A stretch of 64,000 nt of DNA. Origin: a virus. A model generated the notes under the pieces. It ran no database searches, was not told where the DNA came from, and was given only the letters and a program-made list of their open reading frames with translations. This document shows positions 9,553-19,380 of the stretch, piece after piece. Position 1 is the stretch's first letter. Each line of letters opens with the position of its first letter. The stretch lies in IMG/VR virus record IMGVR_UViG_3300030106_005509, positions 64,001 through 128,000 of that record. One strand, written 5' to 3'. The position numbers and the translations under genes are program-made.

Positions 9553-10337
9553 ATTTCTACCATCCCTCCAAAGTCTTCCATCATGGTAAAGTTAATTCCA
9601 TAAAAATCAAATAACTGTCTAGTATAGCTCCATCCTTCATACTCCCTAGTAATTCCAACAGTATGAACTTCTTTAATATCATTTAGCCAAAGCCAATTTA
9701 CTAAGAAGTGTAGAGAGCTACAATGATTCCTAAGCGTGCCATCTCTCTTCAAAAAATCGTCGATTGGGAGATGAACTAGATCAACATCTTCTCGCTTAAA
9801 GACTTCTATTTTGTATTCATCTTTTATATCTATTACTTTTTCTACATCCTCGTAGTTTACATGAGGGTGGAGTATTCTACATCCATGCTCGTCTAAAACC
9901 AGAGGCTTTTTATAGTCCTGAAACTCCACCATGTGAGCAAGCATATTTGAGTGCTTTGGGCTTTTCTTGTAGATGTATTGGACATCAGACCAATCTTTAC
10001 TAGAGCCAATATTAAATGAGCCTGTATTAAAGCTGTAGATCGGGCTTGTATTTGCTATCTCTTTTATTCCAGACTTATCGCCTGTCCAATATCTAAGAGT
10101 GAAGCAGTGGGGAACTAAGAACTTGTTCCACCTGTCAGAAAAGTTGGATATGTTGTGAACAAACCTAACAAGGTCTAGGCATGTAACAATGTCTACCTTG
10201 TCTATAGCGTGTATCGCTCTTCCTGTACATAGAGTAAAGTATTTGCTTGTGACTTCTGGTGTGAGATATTCTTCGGATGCAGGTCCCGAACCAATCAGTA
10301 AGACTGGCTTATTTATCTTCACCTTTTCCAGATCCAC
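9549..10337 (-). CDS. Hypothetical protein, possibly sialyltransferase/Maf-like
   Basis: VLLIGSGPAS near the N-terminus; SSLHFLVNWL...EVHTVG. Confidence 0.4.
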   Translation of the reverse strand: MDLEKVKINKPVLLIGSGPASEEYLTPEVTSKYFTLCTGRAIHAIDKVDIVTCLDLVRFVHNISNFSDRWNKFLVPHCFTLRYWTGDKSGIKEIANTSPIYSFNTGSFNIGSSKDWSDVQYIYKKSPKHSNMLAHMVEFQDYKKPLVLDEHGCRILHPHVNYEDVEKVIDIKDEYKIEVFKREDVDLVHLPIDDFLKRDGTLRNHCSSLHFLVNWLWLNDIKEVHTVGITREYEGWSYTRQLFDFYGINFTMMEDFGGMVEI

Positions 10338-10689
10338 CGCTATCTTTCCTTACTATATCTTTTGGGTCTAGTCCGTCTATCCAGTATACCTCTAAAGCTT
10401 TAGTGTCTTCCATAGCTATAAATCTATGGTCTATTCCGGGAGGTACATCTGAGAACATTCCATCGGTTAAGATTGTCTCATCTTCACTATCCTGCTTATA
10501 TATAATAACCTTCAAAGCACCCTCAAGCACAATAAATCTGTTCCATTTGTTTTCATGGTGATGACGAGAGCAGTACCCATCCTTCTGCGCCTCTATATAA
10601 TGTACTTCGCTGGTATAGTTTTCAAAGAAGCATCTTGTTGATCCCCAAAATTTACCTTGAACAGCTCCGGTTAATGTTTTATGACCCAT
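10309..10689 (-). CDS. Cupin (sugar isomerase-like)
   Basis: KFWG, CSRHHH..K.N.F.VLEG, VPPGIDHRF.A.EDT. Confidence 0.75.
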   Translation of the reverse strand: MGHKTLTGAVQGKFWGSTRCFFENYTSEVHYIEAQKDGYCSRHHHENKWNRFIVLEGALKVIIYKQDSEDETILTDGMFSDVPPGIDHRFIAMEDTKALEVYWIDGLDPKDIVRKDSGGSGKGEDK

Positions 10690-11617
10690 TTAATTCCTCC
10701 TCAAAAACTTCCTTAAGATTTTCAAACATAGTGCCTTCTTCTATTTCTTTCATTTTATACTGAAAATAAGAAAGAGACCTTCCTAAAGAATGCTTTTCTT
10801 CAAGCGTTGGTTTGTATATATCGTTTATGTGGTTAAGTTTGGTACTAGAAATAGGCTTCGCTATAGCGTCTCCCAAAACAATAGTTGGAACACCATAAAA
10901 ATTAGCTTCTAGAGCCGCATTACTAGTATGTGTTATTACGCAGTATAAGTCTTTTTTTAGTAGTTCGTGAAACTTTACTTTACGACTACCTATGTATATA
11001 GTTCCTTCGACATCCTCTTTTGCGTTCCAGCTGGGCTTAGGTCTGTATATTATTGTTCTGTCTGTCAGCTCACCAAGCTTCTTTACAACGCCTCTCGCAA
11101 AAGTAGTAGGATCTTCAATATCCATGTATAGATGGTACTTTGCAGAGCTTCCTGCGAGTAGTATAAACTCTCCATCTTTTTTATGATGAGGCTTAGGGTC
11201 TAAAGTTTCTATACTTATTAATTTTCCATCTTTTGTATTTTTTCTTATTGGTATACTTAGCAGCTCTTTCCATCTGTCATTTCTATCGCTAAATTTTTTT
11301 AAGTATTTTAGGGGTTGCCAGTTATTGGGACTAAATCTTATAAAGGCTTCAGGATCTCTAAGCCTTGCGTTTCTACAGTAACCTTTGTCCATGTAAATAT
11401 AAGGCTTGCCATATTCAATCGCTAAGTCTCTTATCCAGTCTCCAGTTATAGTAAATACAAATACAAAATCGTAATTTTTAATACAATCTGGATTTTTAGA
11501 AAGCTCATCTCTTAGGATGATATCAACTTTTTGCCCGTGTTTTTCTAAACCACTCTTTAGGACTTCTGAAAGTAGAAGAAAGTATTTGCTGTCTTTTATA
11601 GGTAGTAGAAATTTCAT
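10679..11617 (-). CDS. KpsC/KpsS-like (capsule-synthesis family) GT-B glycosyltransferase
   Basis: MDKGY, IIYRPKP, VITHTSNAALEA..GVPTI. Start placed at the TAATG overlap. Confidence 0.65.
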   Translation of the reverse strand: MKFLLPIKDSKYFLLLSEVLKSGLEKHGQKVDIILRDELSKNPDCIKNYDFVFVFTITGDWIRDLAIEYGKPYIYMDKGYCRNARLRDPEAFIRFSPNNWQPLKYLKKFSDRNDRWKELLSIPIRKNTKDGKLISIETLDPKPHHKKDGEFILLAGSSAKYHLYMDIEDPTTFARGVVKKLGELTDRTIIYRPKPSWNAKEDVEGTIYIGSRKVKFHELLKKDLYCVITHTSNAALEANFYGVPTIVLGDAIAKPISSTKLNHINDIYKPTLEEKHSLGRSLSYFQYKMKEIEEGTMFENLKEVFEEELNGS

Positions 11618-12606
11618 TAATCTGCTAACCATTTAGGGTTTTTTAAAGTCCATTGTATTGTCTTTTTTATTGACTCCTCAAAGGACACTGGGTACTTATA
11701 ACCCATTCTCCACAGCTTTGTGTCTTCTAAAGCGTACCTTAAATCATGTCCGGGTCTAGATGAGTGAAAGTCTACTAGTTCATAGTTCAACTCTTTGCCT
11801 AAAATGTCTGCCACAGTCTGCGCAAGCTCTAGATTAGAAAGCTCTTTTTGACCCACAAGATTATACTTGTCTCCAGCTTCTGCTTTTTCTGTCAAGAATA
11901 AAGATACGTCAGCTACGTTTCTTGCGTGTACATAAAACCTTGTTCCCGGATTCTTGTCAGGGTCTGAGTGTATGTACACCTTCTCGCCAGCCAGTATTTT
12001 TTTTATGCAAAGAGGCAAATATTTTTCGGGATGCTGTCTCTCACCAATAACATTCATACAGTTAGTTGTTACAATAGGTAACCCGTAAGTATTATGAAAG
12101 GCAATGCCTAGCTGCTCTGCTCCGGCTTTACTAGCAGAATATGGATTTTTTGCTTTATGACGATCCCATTCTTTGTAGGCAGTTCCTACTGGTGCATCAC
12201 CAAACACTTCATCTGTACTAAAATTCTGTATGTAGTCGATTGTGTCGCAGTTTCTGGCGAAGTTAAATAAGTTGCAAGAGCCTACCACGTTATCGTAGAC
12301 GAAGCTTAAAGGGTCTTCAATGCTCCTGTCTACGTGAGAAGACGCAGCTAAATGAAAAACAATGCTGACATTACCTATTTGCCTTGCTAGTTGTGAATTT
12401 ATTTCAGCCTTTAAATCGTGATATAAAAACTTAAATTTCTTTTTCCAAGAAGGGTTAGCATCTAGAAACTCTGATATCCGGTTTAGATTGCCAGATGTGT
12501 CTAACCTGTCCAAGCAAACTACAAACCAGTCTGTGTTTTTTAATATATGTTCTATGAGGTGATGACCGATAAAACCAGCACCACCAGTAACTAAGACTTT
12601 TTGCAT
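11617..12606 (-). CDS. rmlB: dTDP-glucose 4,6-dehydratase
   Basis: TGGAGFIG, HLAASSHVDRSI, STDEVFG, YSASK, QHPEK, RPGHDLRY. Confidence 0.9.
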   Translation of the reverse strand: MQKVLVTGGAGFIGHHLIEHILKNTDWFVVCLDRLDTSGNLNRISEFLDANPSWKKKFKFLYHDLKAEINSQLARQIGNVSIVFHLAASSHVDRSIEDPLSFVYDNVVGSCNLFNFARNCDTIDYIQNFSTDEVFGDAPVGTAYKEWDRHKAKNPYSASKAGAEQLGIAFHNTYGLPIVTTNCMNVIGERQHPEKYLPLCIKKILAGEKVYIHSDPDKNPGTRFYVHARNVADVSLFLTEKAEAGDKYNLVGQKELSNLELAQTVADILGKELNYELVDFHSSRPGHDLRYALEDTKLWRMGYKYPVSFEESIKKTIQWTLKNPKWLAD

Positions 12607-13172
12607 TTTATAAACTCTTTAAATTTTTCGCTAAGCTCAAACTCTCCTCTATTATACATCCTTGGAGGGTACTTATAACACTTTTCTATTTGTTTTTCTT
12701 CCATGCTCTCTAGCAACTTTAAACTGCTATAGACAAAAGAAGGCGCTATTTCTAGCATTCTTTTATACAGGTCAAAAGAACAATCAGTGTCTAATACCGG
12801 ATATGTTATCTTGCTTATTATTGGGCCATAATCAAGGTCTCTAGTCATTTTATGAAAAGTGAGACCCTGTTCGTTGTCTTTGTTTTTAATTGTATGATCT
12901 AGTATGTCTCTACCTCCATAGTCTGGTAGAAGACCGGTATGTAGATTGTAAGCGTTTGATGTGTCCTCAACAAAAATATCGTATTGTAAAGAAAGCTTTA
13001 TATCGCATGGGGTATCAACTTCTACCTGTTTAAGTGGCACTTTTCCATTAACAGGTGTATTCCTACAAGGTACATAACCAATTAAGTTATAATCACCCAT
13101 GTCTAGGATATGTTTGACGGCAAGCTCTGTTAGGTATGAAGAGCCTAATATGAGTATGTCAAAGCTCCTCAT
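12591..13172 (-). CDS. Sugar N-formyltransferase
   Basis: NLHTGLLPDYGG, GLTFHKM..DLDYGPII. Confidence 0.8.
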   Translation of the reverse strand: MRSFDILILGSSYLTELAVKHILDMGDYNLIGYVPCRNTPVNGKVPLKQVEVDTPCDIKLSLQYDIFVEDTSNAYNLHTGLLPDYGGRDILDHTIKNKDNEQGLTFHKMTRDLDYGPIISKITYPVLDTDCSFDLYKRMLEIAPSFVYSSLKLLESMEEKQIEKCYKYPPRMYNRGEFELSEKFKEFIKCKKS

Positions 13173-13785
13173 AGTATTCGCCTATCTTAAAGGACATCCC
13201 TTGAGTGACGCTTTTCTTACCTGTTGCTACGTATTTTGACTTAGGTAATACCCTAAAATCAAAGCTAACCCTAGTAGATCCTGTTTCGTTTTTCTTGTTT
13301 CCGTGTGCTAAGTTAGCTCCGTCCCACATATAGAACTCACCGTATTCCGCTTCCATAGGACTAAAGTCTTCTTTTCCTTCTTCACTTTCTACCCACACAG
13401 TATTTGAGCCAAAGGCTTTTGTTAACGGGACGAAAAAATTTACTTCATCTGTAAAATGATTGTAGTCCCTATCTCTGTGAAAAGCACCTACCGCAACATT
13501 GTTTCTTAGATGAACTCTAAAGGTAGGTTTTTTCTGAAAGATTATAGGTTCGTCAAACAGTGGTTTTATTTCATTTACTACAAACGCTCTAAAATTTAAA
13601 AAGAACAAATGATCTTCGGGAAGCTCGTAAAACTTTTTGTGATACTTTGAAGATTGATCTGTGTCTACATCGAATAGTTTTATTTCTTCATGTAGGCATG
13701 ACATATCTACACAGCCAAAAACCCTCTGCAATATTGAAGCAAACCTGTATTTAAATGATTTATATTTAAATTTATTCATTTCCAA
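13159..13785 (-). CDS. StrG-like Fe(II)/2-oxoglutarate oxygenase
   Basis: FQKKPTFRV, FHRD.DYNH, N.FVPLT, HGN..N.TG.TRVSFDFR. Confidence 0.7.
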   Translation of the reverse strand: MEMNKFKYKSFKYRFASILQRVFGCVDMSCLHEEIKLFDVDTDQSSKYHKKFYELPEDHLFFLNFRAFVVNEIKPLFDEPIIFQKKPTFRVHLRNNVAVGAFHRDRDYNHFTDEVNFFVPLTKAFGSNTVWVESEEGKEDFSPMEAEYGEFYMWDGANLAHGNKKNETGSTRVSFDFRVLPKSKYVATGKKSVTQGMSFKIGEYYEEL

Positions 13786-14579
13786 AAATATATTAAACCC
13801 CCTCTTCCATAAGCAGAATTCTTTTCATACTTGATGTTAAATTGTGACTCAATCCAACCAATTTGCACTTTGGTTATTTTGTTATTCATTACGCCTTCTA
13901 TATGTGGCGCCATTTTTCCCACAATTATTCCCATGCTACATTTTTTTATGATGTTGTCAAAATAGAATTTTTGTACATCGTGAGTTATCTCTGTAAAAGC
14001 AAAGTTAGATATGAACAAATCGTAATGAGTTTTTAGTTTGTTAATGTCTTTGTATGGATTTATATAGGTAATGTCGGGTGTTTTAAAGTTAGAAAGATAA
14101 GCTGACTGAAGTTTTAACATGTCTGGCAGATCTACGTGGGTGTAGCTCTTGTAACCAACGATGTCGTGAAAAATTTTAGCTTCTATTCCAAAGCCACATC
14201 CAACTTCTACTATGTCAAAGTCTGAGGAGAGGTTAAGATTCTCCTTTATTTTTGTTATATCGTACAACGGTGGAAAAACTGAGTCCGAGCAGTTAATCTT
14301 AAAATTTTCACGCTCAAAACTTTGAAGTACAGGATTGCCAAATGAGTCCCATTCTTTTATCTTGTCTAGGTTTTTAGTTAATATCTCTGGGTTGTTTTTT
14401 AATAGATAGCTTAATTCACCGTTTGCTCTCTTAGCGTTGTCTCCGCTTATGTTTCTACGCAAGCTTTCCATCTGTCTAAAGTTGGTATAATCTCCGCTTT
14501 CATGCAGTGAAGAAATATCATCTAAAAACTCTATTCTGTACTTTATAGTCCTATGCCAAGACTCTTCATGTGATTCCAT
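13776..14579 (-). CDS. Putative sugar O-methyltransferase
   Basis: FGNP, IVEVGCGFG, VDLP..L.LQ..YL, DLFISNFAFTEI. Confidence 0.75.
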   Translation of the reverse strand: MESHEESWHRTIKYRIEFLDDISSLHESGDYTNFRQMESLRRNISGDNAKRANGELSYLLKNNPEILTKNLDKIKEWDSFGNPVLQSFERENFKINCSDSVFPPLYDITKIKENLNLSSDFDIVEVGCGFGIEAKIFHDIVGYKSYTHVDLPDMLKLQSAYLSNFKTPDITYINPYKDINKLKTHYDLFISNFAFTEITHDVQKFYFDNIIKKCSMGIIVGKMAPHIEGVMNNKITKVQIGWIESQFNIKYEKNSAYGRGGLIYFWK

Positions 14580-14580
14580 T

Positions 14581-16620
14581 TTAACTCTCTCTACCCACGT
14601 AAAACTCTTTTATTTTAGTCACAACCTTTCTGATTCTGTGTGGTGTCATCCACCAGCCAACAGGGAGGCAAAGCATCTCGCGTGACACTTCGTTCATCAC
14701 AGAAAGCTTCCGTTTTGTTGAATACTTTTTGAATACTAGATGTTTGTCATTTCTAGAATGAACCACATTTGTTTGTACGCCTCGATCTAAAAGATATTTC
14801 TTCAATTCGTCTCGGTAGAGAGCCTTTATCGTGAACAGCCAGTAACTGGAATCAAATCCAAATTTGTTTTCTGGAAGTGTGACATAGCGTAAATCTTGAA
14901 GATTTTCATAATATGTATGAGCATGTTCTCTGTTTTGCTCTATACATCCTCCTACGTATGGCATATTTCCAATACCTATCGCAGAAGATATATCATTCAT
15001 ATGAAACTTGAAACCCAAATCTTTTATAGGCTGTCCGCTCCTAAAGTCTTCCTTGTTATCTCTGTCTATGCCAAACCATCTTTTTCTTCTTGCGATTGAT
15101 TTGAATTTAGGAGGCGTGATCAACAAACCTCCATCTCCAGTCGTTAGAGATTTAATAGCCTGAAAACTGAAACAGCTAAATGTATATTGATCTTTCAAGA
15201 CATTCCCTACATAAGAACCATTCCAAGTAGAACCCCAAGCGTGAGCGCAATCCTCAACCACATATAAAGGTTTTCCGTATTTTAGAAGATAGCCTTTTTT
15301 TATCTCTTCTAGTCTTTGGTAGTCTATCGGATATCCACCCCAATGCACGAAGCTTAATATCCTAGTATTTTCATTGAGTAGCTTTACTACTTTGTTCAAG
15401 TCAATATTAAAATTTGACGATTCTATATCACACCACTTTATAGACAAGCCATTAGACACTATTGGTAAAAGACCAGCTGCGCAGGTTAGTGGACTGCAAA
15501 TGACCTCGCATGATTCATCTAATTTTTCTGCTTCTTTTATCAAATCAAATGCAAGATGTAAAGCAGACGTACCAGAGTTAACGGTTACTATATTTTTATT
15601 AGCAAAATGATTGACAAGCTTTTTCTCAAAAATTTCATTAACACTACCCTGAGCTATATGACCAGATCTTAAAACTTTATGGCTTTCTGTTATTGCATCT
15701 TCGTGCATAAAAACCCTAAACAGGGGAACTACTAATTTTTTAGGTTTTGTTTTTCTTATATTCTGAATCATATCTACTACATGTGCCATGTATGATAATT
15801 CATTTTCAGGTTCAGTCCCCTTAGCTGAATACACTTCGTCTTTTTTATCTCTAGGCTTTACTTTCATCCTAATATGCGAACCAAAATACTCATTTCCTTC
15901 TTTCCAGAAGTAATTATTTTTTGCGGCTTGTGGTGATTTCACGCCGTATGCACTGGACAAAGAATTCTTTGTATATGGAAATTTTACATGTGGCCTTGCC
16001 GATAACTGATCTCTTACTTTACTGTCTTCTACTGATTGCTCAACATATCCGTAATCATATTCTAAGTGTTCTAAGTATACTTTTGTACCAGTGTCACCTT
16101 TGTACAAATCTGTAGGCTGTGGAGTAAAATCAAATTTAGAAATATCTACTTTTGTTGTGTCTACAAACATGCAGTAAACACACGGGAAAGTGTGACTAAC
16201 CCTATCAGCTGAATCTATAGCATACGGAGTACCGAAAAATGCTAAGTTGTTCTTATCCATATGGTCTATGATCTCTAATAGAGATGGGCCAATGAAAAAA
16301 TCTGGGTCTAGAAAAAGAACATACCTTGTTTTTATATGGCGTATAGTTTTGTTTAGACCTGCTGCATGATGAAAGCTTCCTACATGTATAGCTCTATTTT
16401 TTTGGGGAACCTCTACTTTTGACTGATCAACACCCTCAATAATCTTGAAATTAGGAATACTCTCAACCATACCCAAACTCTTCGAGGGTTGATTATTTGC
16501 GACTACCCATTGCAAACCGTCTGTTGAGTATTCAGATATTAATTTCCAGTTTGATTCTAAAAAATTAGAGCAGTTCCAAGCTGCACTAGCTATCGTTAGA
16601 TCGCTAATCTGTACTGACAT
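14581..16620 (-). CDS. Fusion: GT-A glycosyltransferase + DegT/DnrJ/EryC1/StrS PLP aminotransferase
   Basis: N-terminal half: GSFHHAAGLN, FLDPDF. C-terminal half: NSGTSALHLA, VHWGG, EDCAHAWG, SFQAIKSLTTGDGG, LCLP. Confidence 0.85.
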   Translation of the reverse strand: MSVQISDLTIASAAWNCSNFLESNWKLISEYSTDGLQWVVANNQPSKSLGMVESIPNFKIIEGVDQSKVEVPQKNRAIHVGSFHHAAGLNKTIRHIKTRYVLFLDPDFFIGPSLLEIIDHMDKNNLAFFGTPYAIDSADRVSHTFPCVYCMFVDTTKVDISKFDFTPQPTDLYKGDTGTKVYLEHLEYDYGYVEQSVEDSKVRDQLSARPHVKFPYTKNSLSSAYGVKSPQAAKNNYFWKEGNEYFGSHIRMKVKPRDKKDEVYSAKGTEPENELSYMAHVVDMIQNIRKTKPKKLVVPLFRVFMHEDAITESHKVLRSGHIAQGSVNEIFEKKLVNHFANKNIVTVNSGTSALHLAFDLIKEAEKLDESCEVICSPLTCAAGLLPIVSNGLSIKWCDIESSNFNIDLNKVVKLLNENTRILSFVHWGGYPIDYQRLEEIKKGYLLKYGKPLYVVEDCAHAWGSTWNGSYVGNVLKDQYTFSCFSFQAIKSLTTGDGGLLITPPKFKSIARRKRWFGIDRDNKEDFRSGQPIKDLGFKFHMNDISSAIGIGNMPYVGGCIEQNREHAHTYYENLQDLRYVTLPENKFGFDSSYWLFTIKALYRDELKKYLLDRGVQTNVVHSRNDKHLVFKKYSTKRKLSVMNEVSREMLCLPVGWWMTPHRIRKVVTKIKEFYVGRES

Positions 16621-17197
16621 TCTTTTTTACCTTTGCTAATCTAAGATGTATGTTGTTCTTCTCAACGATCTCTATAGGGTCTAGTCTATCCACCAAAAAA
16701 TTAGGATCTTTGTCAAGCTCGTCTATGAGTTTTTTGCATCCATAGTCATCTCTGTTTTCGTAATAGTCGTCAAATATAACAACTGTTTCGTCGTCCATGA
16801 ACTTTTCTACATTCTTCCAGTCACTTTCTATCGTTTCTACTGAATGTCCACCGTCAATAAAAACAAAGTCTATTTGTCTTTCTGGAGAGAATCTGGCTAA
16901 TGTTTTCACGGTATTCCCAGCAACCAATTTATGCTGTATACCCTCTCGTCTAAGTCGGCGCTTGGCTCTTCCAATATTGGCATGGCTTTTTCCATTAAAC
17001 TCCCTATCCATGAACTCTTCATTTCCCCAGTCAAATATGTCAAAGCCGTAATAGAATACGTCATCGTTATATTCTTTTGCCTTGTTAACCATAGTTATCG
17101 CACTGTTTCCACGATGCGTTCCAACCTCAAGTATGGTTTTAGGCTGTCTGCCTTCTACTTCTGCTATTAATGTTTTGTATCGCCCAAGTAATTCCAT
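16604..17197 (-). CDS. Class I SAM methyltransferase (Methyltransf_24-like)
   Basis: ILEVGTHRG, GFDIF, DFVFIDGGH, IFDDY. Confidence 0.85.
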   Translation of the reverse strand: MELLGRYKTLIAEVEGRQPKTILEVGTHRGNSAITMVNKAKEYNDDVFYYGFDIFDWGNEEFMDREFNGKSHANIGRAKRRLRREGIQHKLVAGNTVKTLARFSPERQIDFVFIDGGHSVETIESDWKNVEKFMDDETVVIFDDYYENRDDYGCKKLIDELDKDPNFLVDRLDPIEIVEKNNIHLRLAKVKKNVSTD

Positions 17198-17931
17198 GCT
17201 TCACCTGATCTTATTTCGTCTAAAGTCCATTGTTGATAAGCTAATCCGTAAAAAAAGTCACGATCCATAGGTGGATTCTCAATGTCCGACACCTCACCCA
17301 GATTTCTCGATGGGTTAGTAAAGATCGTAGGAACTCCGTTGAGTAATGCTGTTATTCCTGCATTTGAATGGTCTGTTACCAACGCCCATGCATTCGGTAG
17401 CACTCTTTCTAGAGGGATTTCATTTTTTATAGATACAACTATTTTTCTGTCTGTGTATTGCTGCAACTCTCTTACGGTATTTCTTAGCCAGTCATGCATA
17501 CCCCAATAGTCCGCCATATATTTTGACGGAGGGACAACTATTACATGATCTCCTGTTTTACGCCAGTCTTTTACCTTCAAACCTTTTAGCTGTAATTGTA
17601 AAAAACGATCTGAGTCAAACTTACCAAGACCGTTATGCCAAAATGTGTTGTTAGTTATTCTATAATACCCATCGTAAGACTCTGGCGTGGTTGATCTAAA
17701 AAAATATCCGTGATCTATATGCCAGTAATCCTTTGCGGCTTTAAGGGCATCTCCACAACCACGAAGTATTCCGTAACTAGCAACGCGAGGAACTATTATG
17801 TTTCTCTTTGCTAATTCTTGAAGCTTAAAAATGTCTATGATTCCACCACCACAGCCTTCAGCAAAAGCCCTTCCTACAACCTTGCTTCTCTCATGTTGTG
17901 TAAGAATTGTCTTTGGTGGAGACGCTGCCAT
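17167..17931 (-). CDS. KpsC/KpsS-like GT-B glycosyltransferase
   Basis: YGILRG, IDHGYF, YYRIT, AWALVTDHSNAGITAL.NGVP. Confidence 0.65.
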   Translation of the reverse strand: MAASPPKTILTQHERSKVVGRAFAEGCGGGIIDIFKLQELAKRNIIVPRVASYGILRGCGDALKAAKDYWHIDHGYFFRSTTPESYDGYYRITNNTFWHNGLGKFDSDRFLQLQLKGLKVKDWRKTGDHVIVVPPSKYMADYWGMHDWLRNTVRELQQYTDRKIVVSIKNEIPLERVLPNAWALVTDHSNAGITALLNGVPTIFTNPSRNLGEVSDIENPPMDRDFFYGLAYQQWTLDEIRSGEAWNYLGDTKH

Positions 17932-17932
17932 T

Positions 17933-18709
17933 CTATTGTGGATCTTTATGACCTTTCATAGAGGGTAAACCGTGCCTTTTCCAATGTATTCCTTTTTTAT
18001 GAACTAAGTATTCAGCAAAAGGCCCATGTTCTACGACATTGTTTTCTTGGACATCTACAATATCTCTGGTTGCTATATTTGTATATTCTTCAACGACCAT
18101 TCTAAATACATAGCCGTCATCCCATCTAAGATATTTTCTAAACTCACCACTTCTAAACTTGTTGATAACAATACTTAAGAGCAAGGCTCCTTCTTCTTTT
18201 AAGTTAAATCCAATTATGCCGGACTCTATCCCAGTGCCAGACTTTTTCCTGTGAGGCCCTAAGTGATAGAACATAGAGTGACCGCTAAATATCTCCTCTA
18301 TCTTTGATCCCGGCAGATGCTTATTTACCACCGTGTCGCTATCTAGGAATACTATAGCCTCGTAGCCTGACTTATTATCCATAGCCGCATTGAGTGCTAC
18401 TATCTTTCTAAACCACTGAGAGGCTCTTTGATTGAATTTAGTTTTTTCCTCATAGACACCTTCAAATTTACCACCAAGCTCGACAGGTATGATGTCCTCG
18501 TTTTCCTTTAGCCATGAAGAAAGAAAGCTATCTTGTTCTAAGTCATGAAAAATAAACTTTCTATGGTGGGGAATAACTGCGTCTAGACCGTCTTCGTGAG
18601 CAATGAGAAGATCGCCTTCTGTCTTATATTTGACGAAAGACGTAATCATGTCATTTCCGGTAGCTTTAAAAAGCTTGTCATTGAATGTCGTTACATAAAG
18701 GACTTTCAT
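17933..18709 (-). CDS. GT-A nucleotide-diphospho-sugar transferase
   Basis: VTTFN, KIVAL, FLDSD (DxD), ESGIIGF, WDDGYVF, H.KG. Confidence 0.7.
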   Translation of the reverse strand: MKVLYVTTFNDKLFKATGNDMITSFVKYKTEGDLLIAHEDGLDAVIPHHRKFIFHDLEQDSFLSSWLKENEDIIPVELGGKFEGVYEEKTKFNQRASQWFRKIVALNAAMDNKSGYEAIVFLDSDTVVNKHLPGSKIEEIFSGHSMFYHLGPHRKKSGTGIESGIIGFNLKEEGALLLSIVINKFRSGEFRKYLRWDDGYVFRMVVEEYTNIATRDIVDVQENNVVEHGPFAEYLVHKKGIHWKRHGLPSMKGHKDPQ

Positions 18710-19380
18710 GCCATTTCTTCCAGTAAGGGAAAGAACCTAGAAAATACTCCAAGTCTCTTGCCATAAACTAATTGGTGGTTAACCTTTTTTGTATTTACTA
18801 CCCACAATGCACCAGAACCAAACTCAATTTCGTGACAATTCTGTTTTTGTTTGCAGGCATCGCAGTAAGTGCAGGGACAGGAGATCCTCCACACTCTAGC
18901 TTCATTATCAAGATTCAAAAATATTCTCATAGGCTCTTGATCATAATTATCCATGTGCATTCTACGAGGTATTTCTTTTGTATCAAACCTAAGATTGAAT
19001 TGGTCATCTCTGACATACTTCAAATCTCCCATGAAGTACCTAGAAGCCAAATCATTGCTAAACAATCTATATCGCTTTACAGAGAATTCCCCAAGTCTAT
19101 CTCTTATATTTGCTAAAATTGTTCCAGCCTCAGCATTTCTAAACAAGGTGCTTGGCTTCCCAATGATTCCCTCTACGGTATGCTTTCCTCCGACATCATA
19201 GTTGTTTTTGTTTTGTGTTTGTGAATCTTGAAGTATTGCAATTTCATCCTTAGAAACAAAGTTGTCAATTATCACAAGTTTCTTGTCTAGGTAATATTGA
19301 GACAGATCATCTGATTCTTTTTTATGTGAAACAATAATATTGTTAGGCAGTTCTTCACTTAGCGTGACTTTTGTTTTCAT
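18706..19380 (-). CDS. Kdo hydroxylase (KdoO)-like Fe(II)/2OG dioxygenase
   Basis: MHMD (HxD), MRIFLNLD..ARVWR, GALWVV...VNHQ..YG. Confidence 0.55.
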   Translation of the reverse strand: MKTKVTLSEELPNNIIVSHKKESDDLSQYYLDKKLVIIDNFVSKDEIAILQDSQTQNKNNYDVGGKHTVEGIIGKPSTLFRNAEAGTILANIRDRLGEFSVKRYRLFSNDLASRYFMGDLKYVRDDQFNLRFDTKEIPRRMHMDNYDQEPMRIFLNLDNEARVWRISCPCTYCDACKQKQNCHEIEFGSGALWVVNTKKVNHQLVYGKRLGVFSRFFPLLEEMA

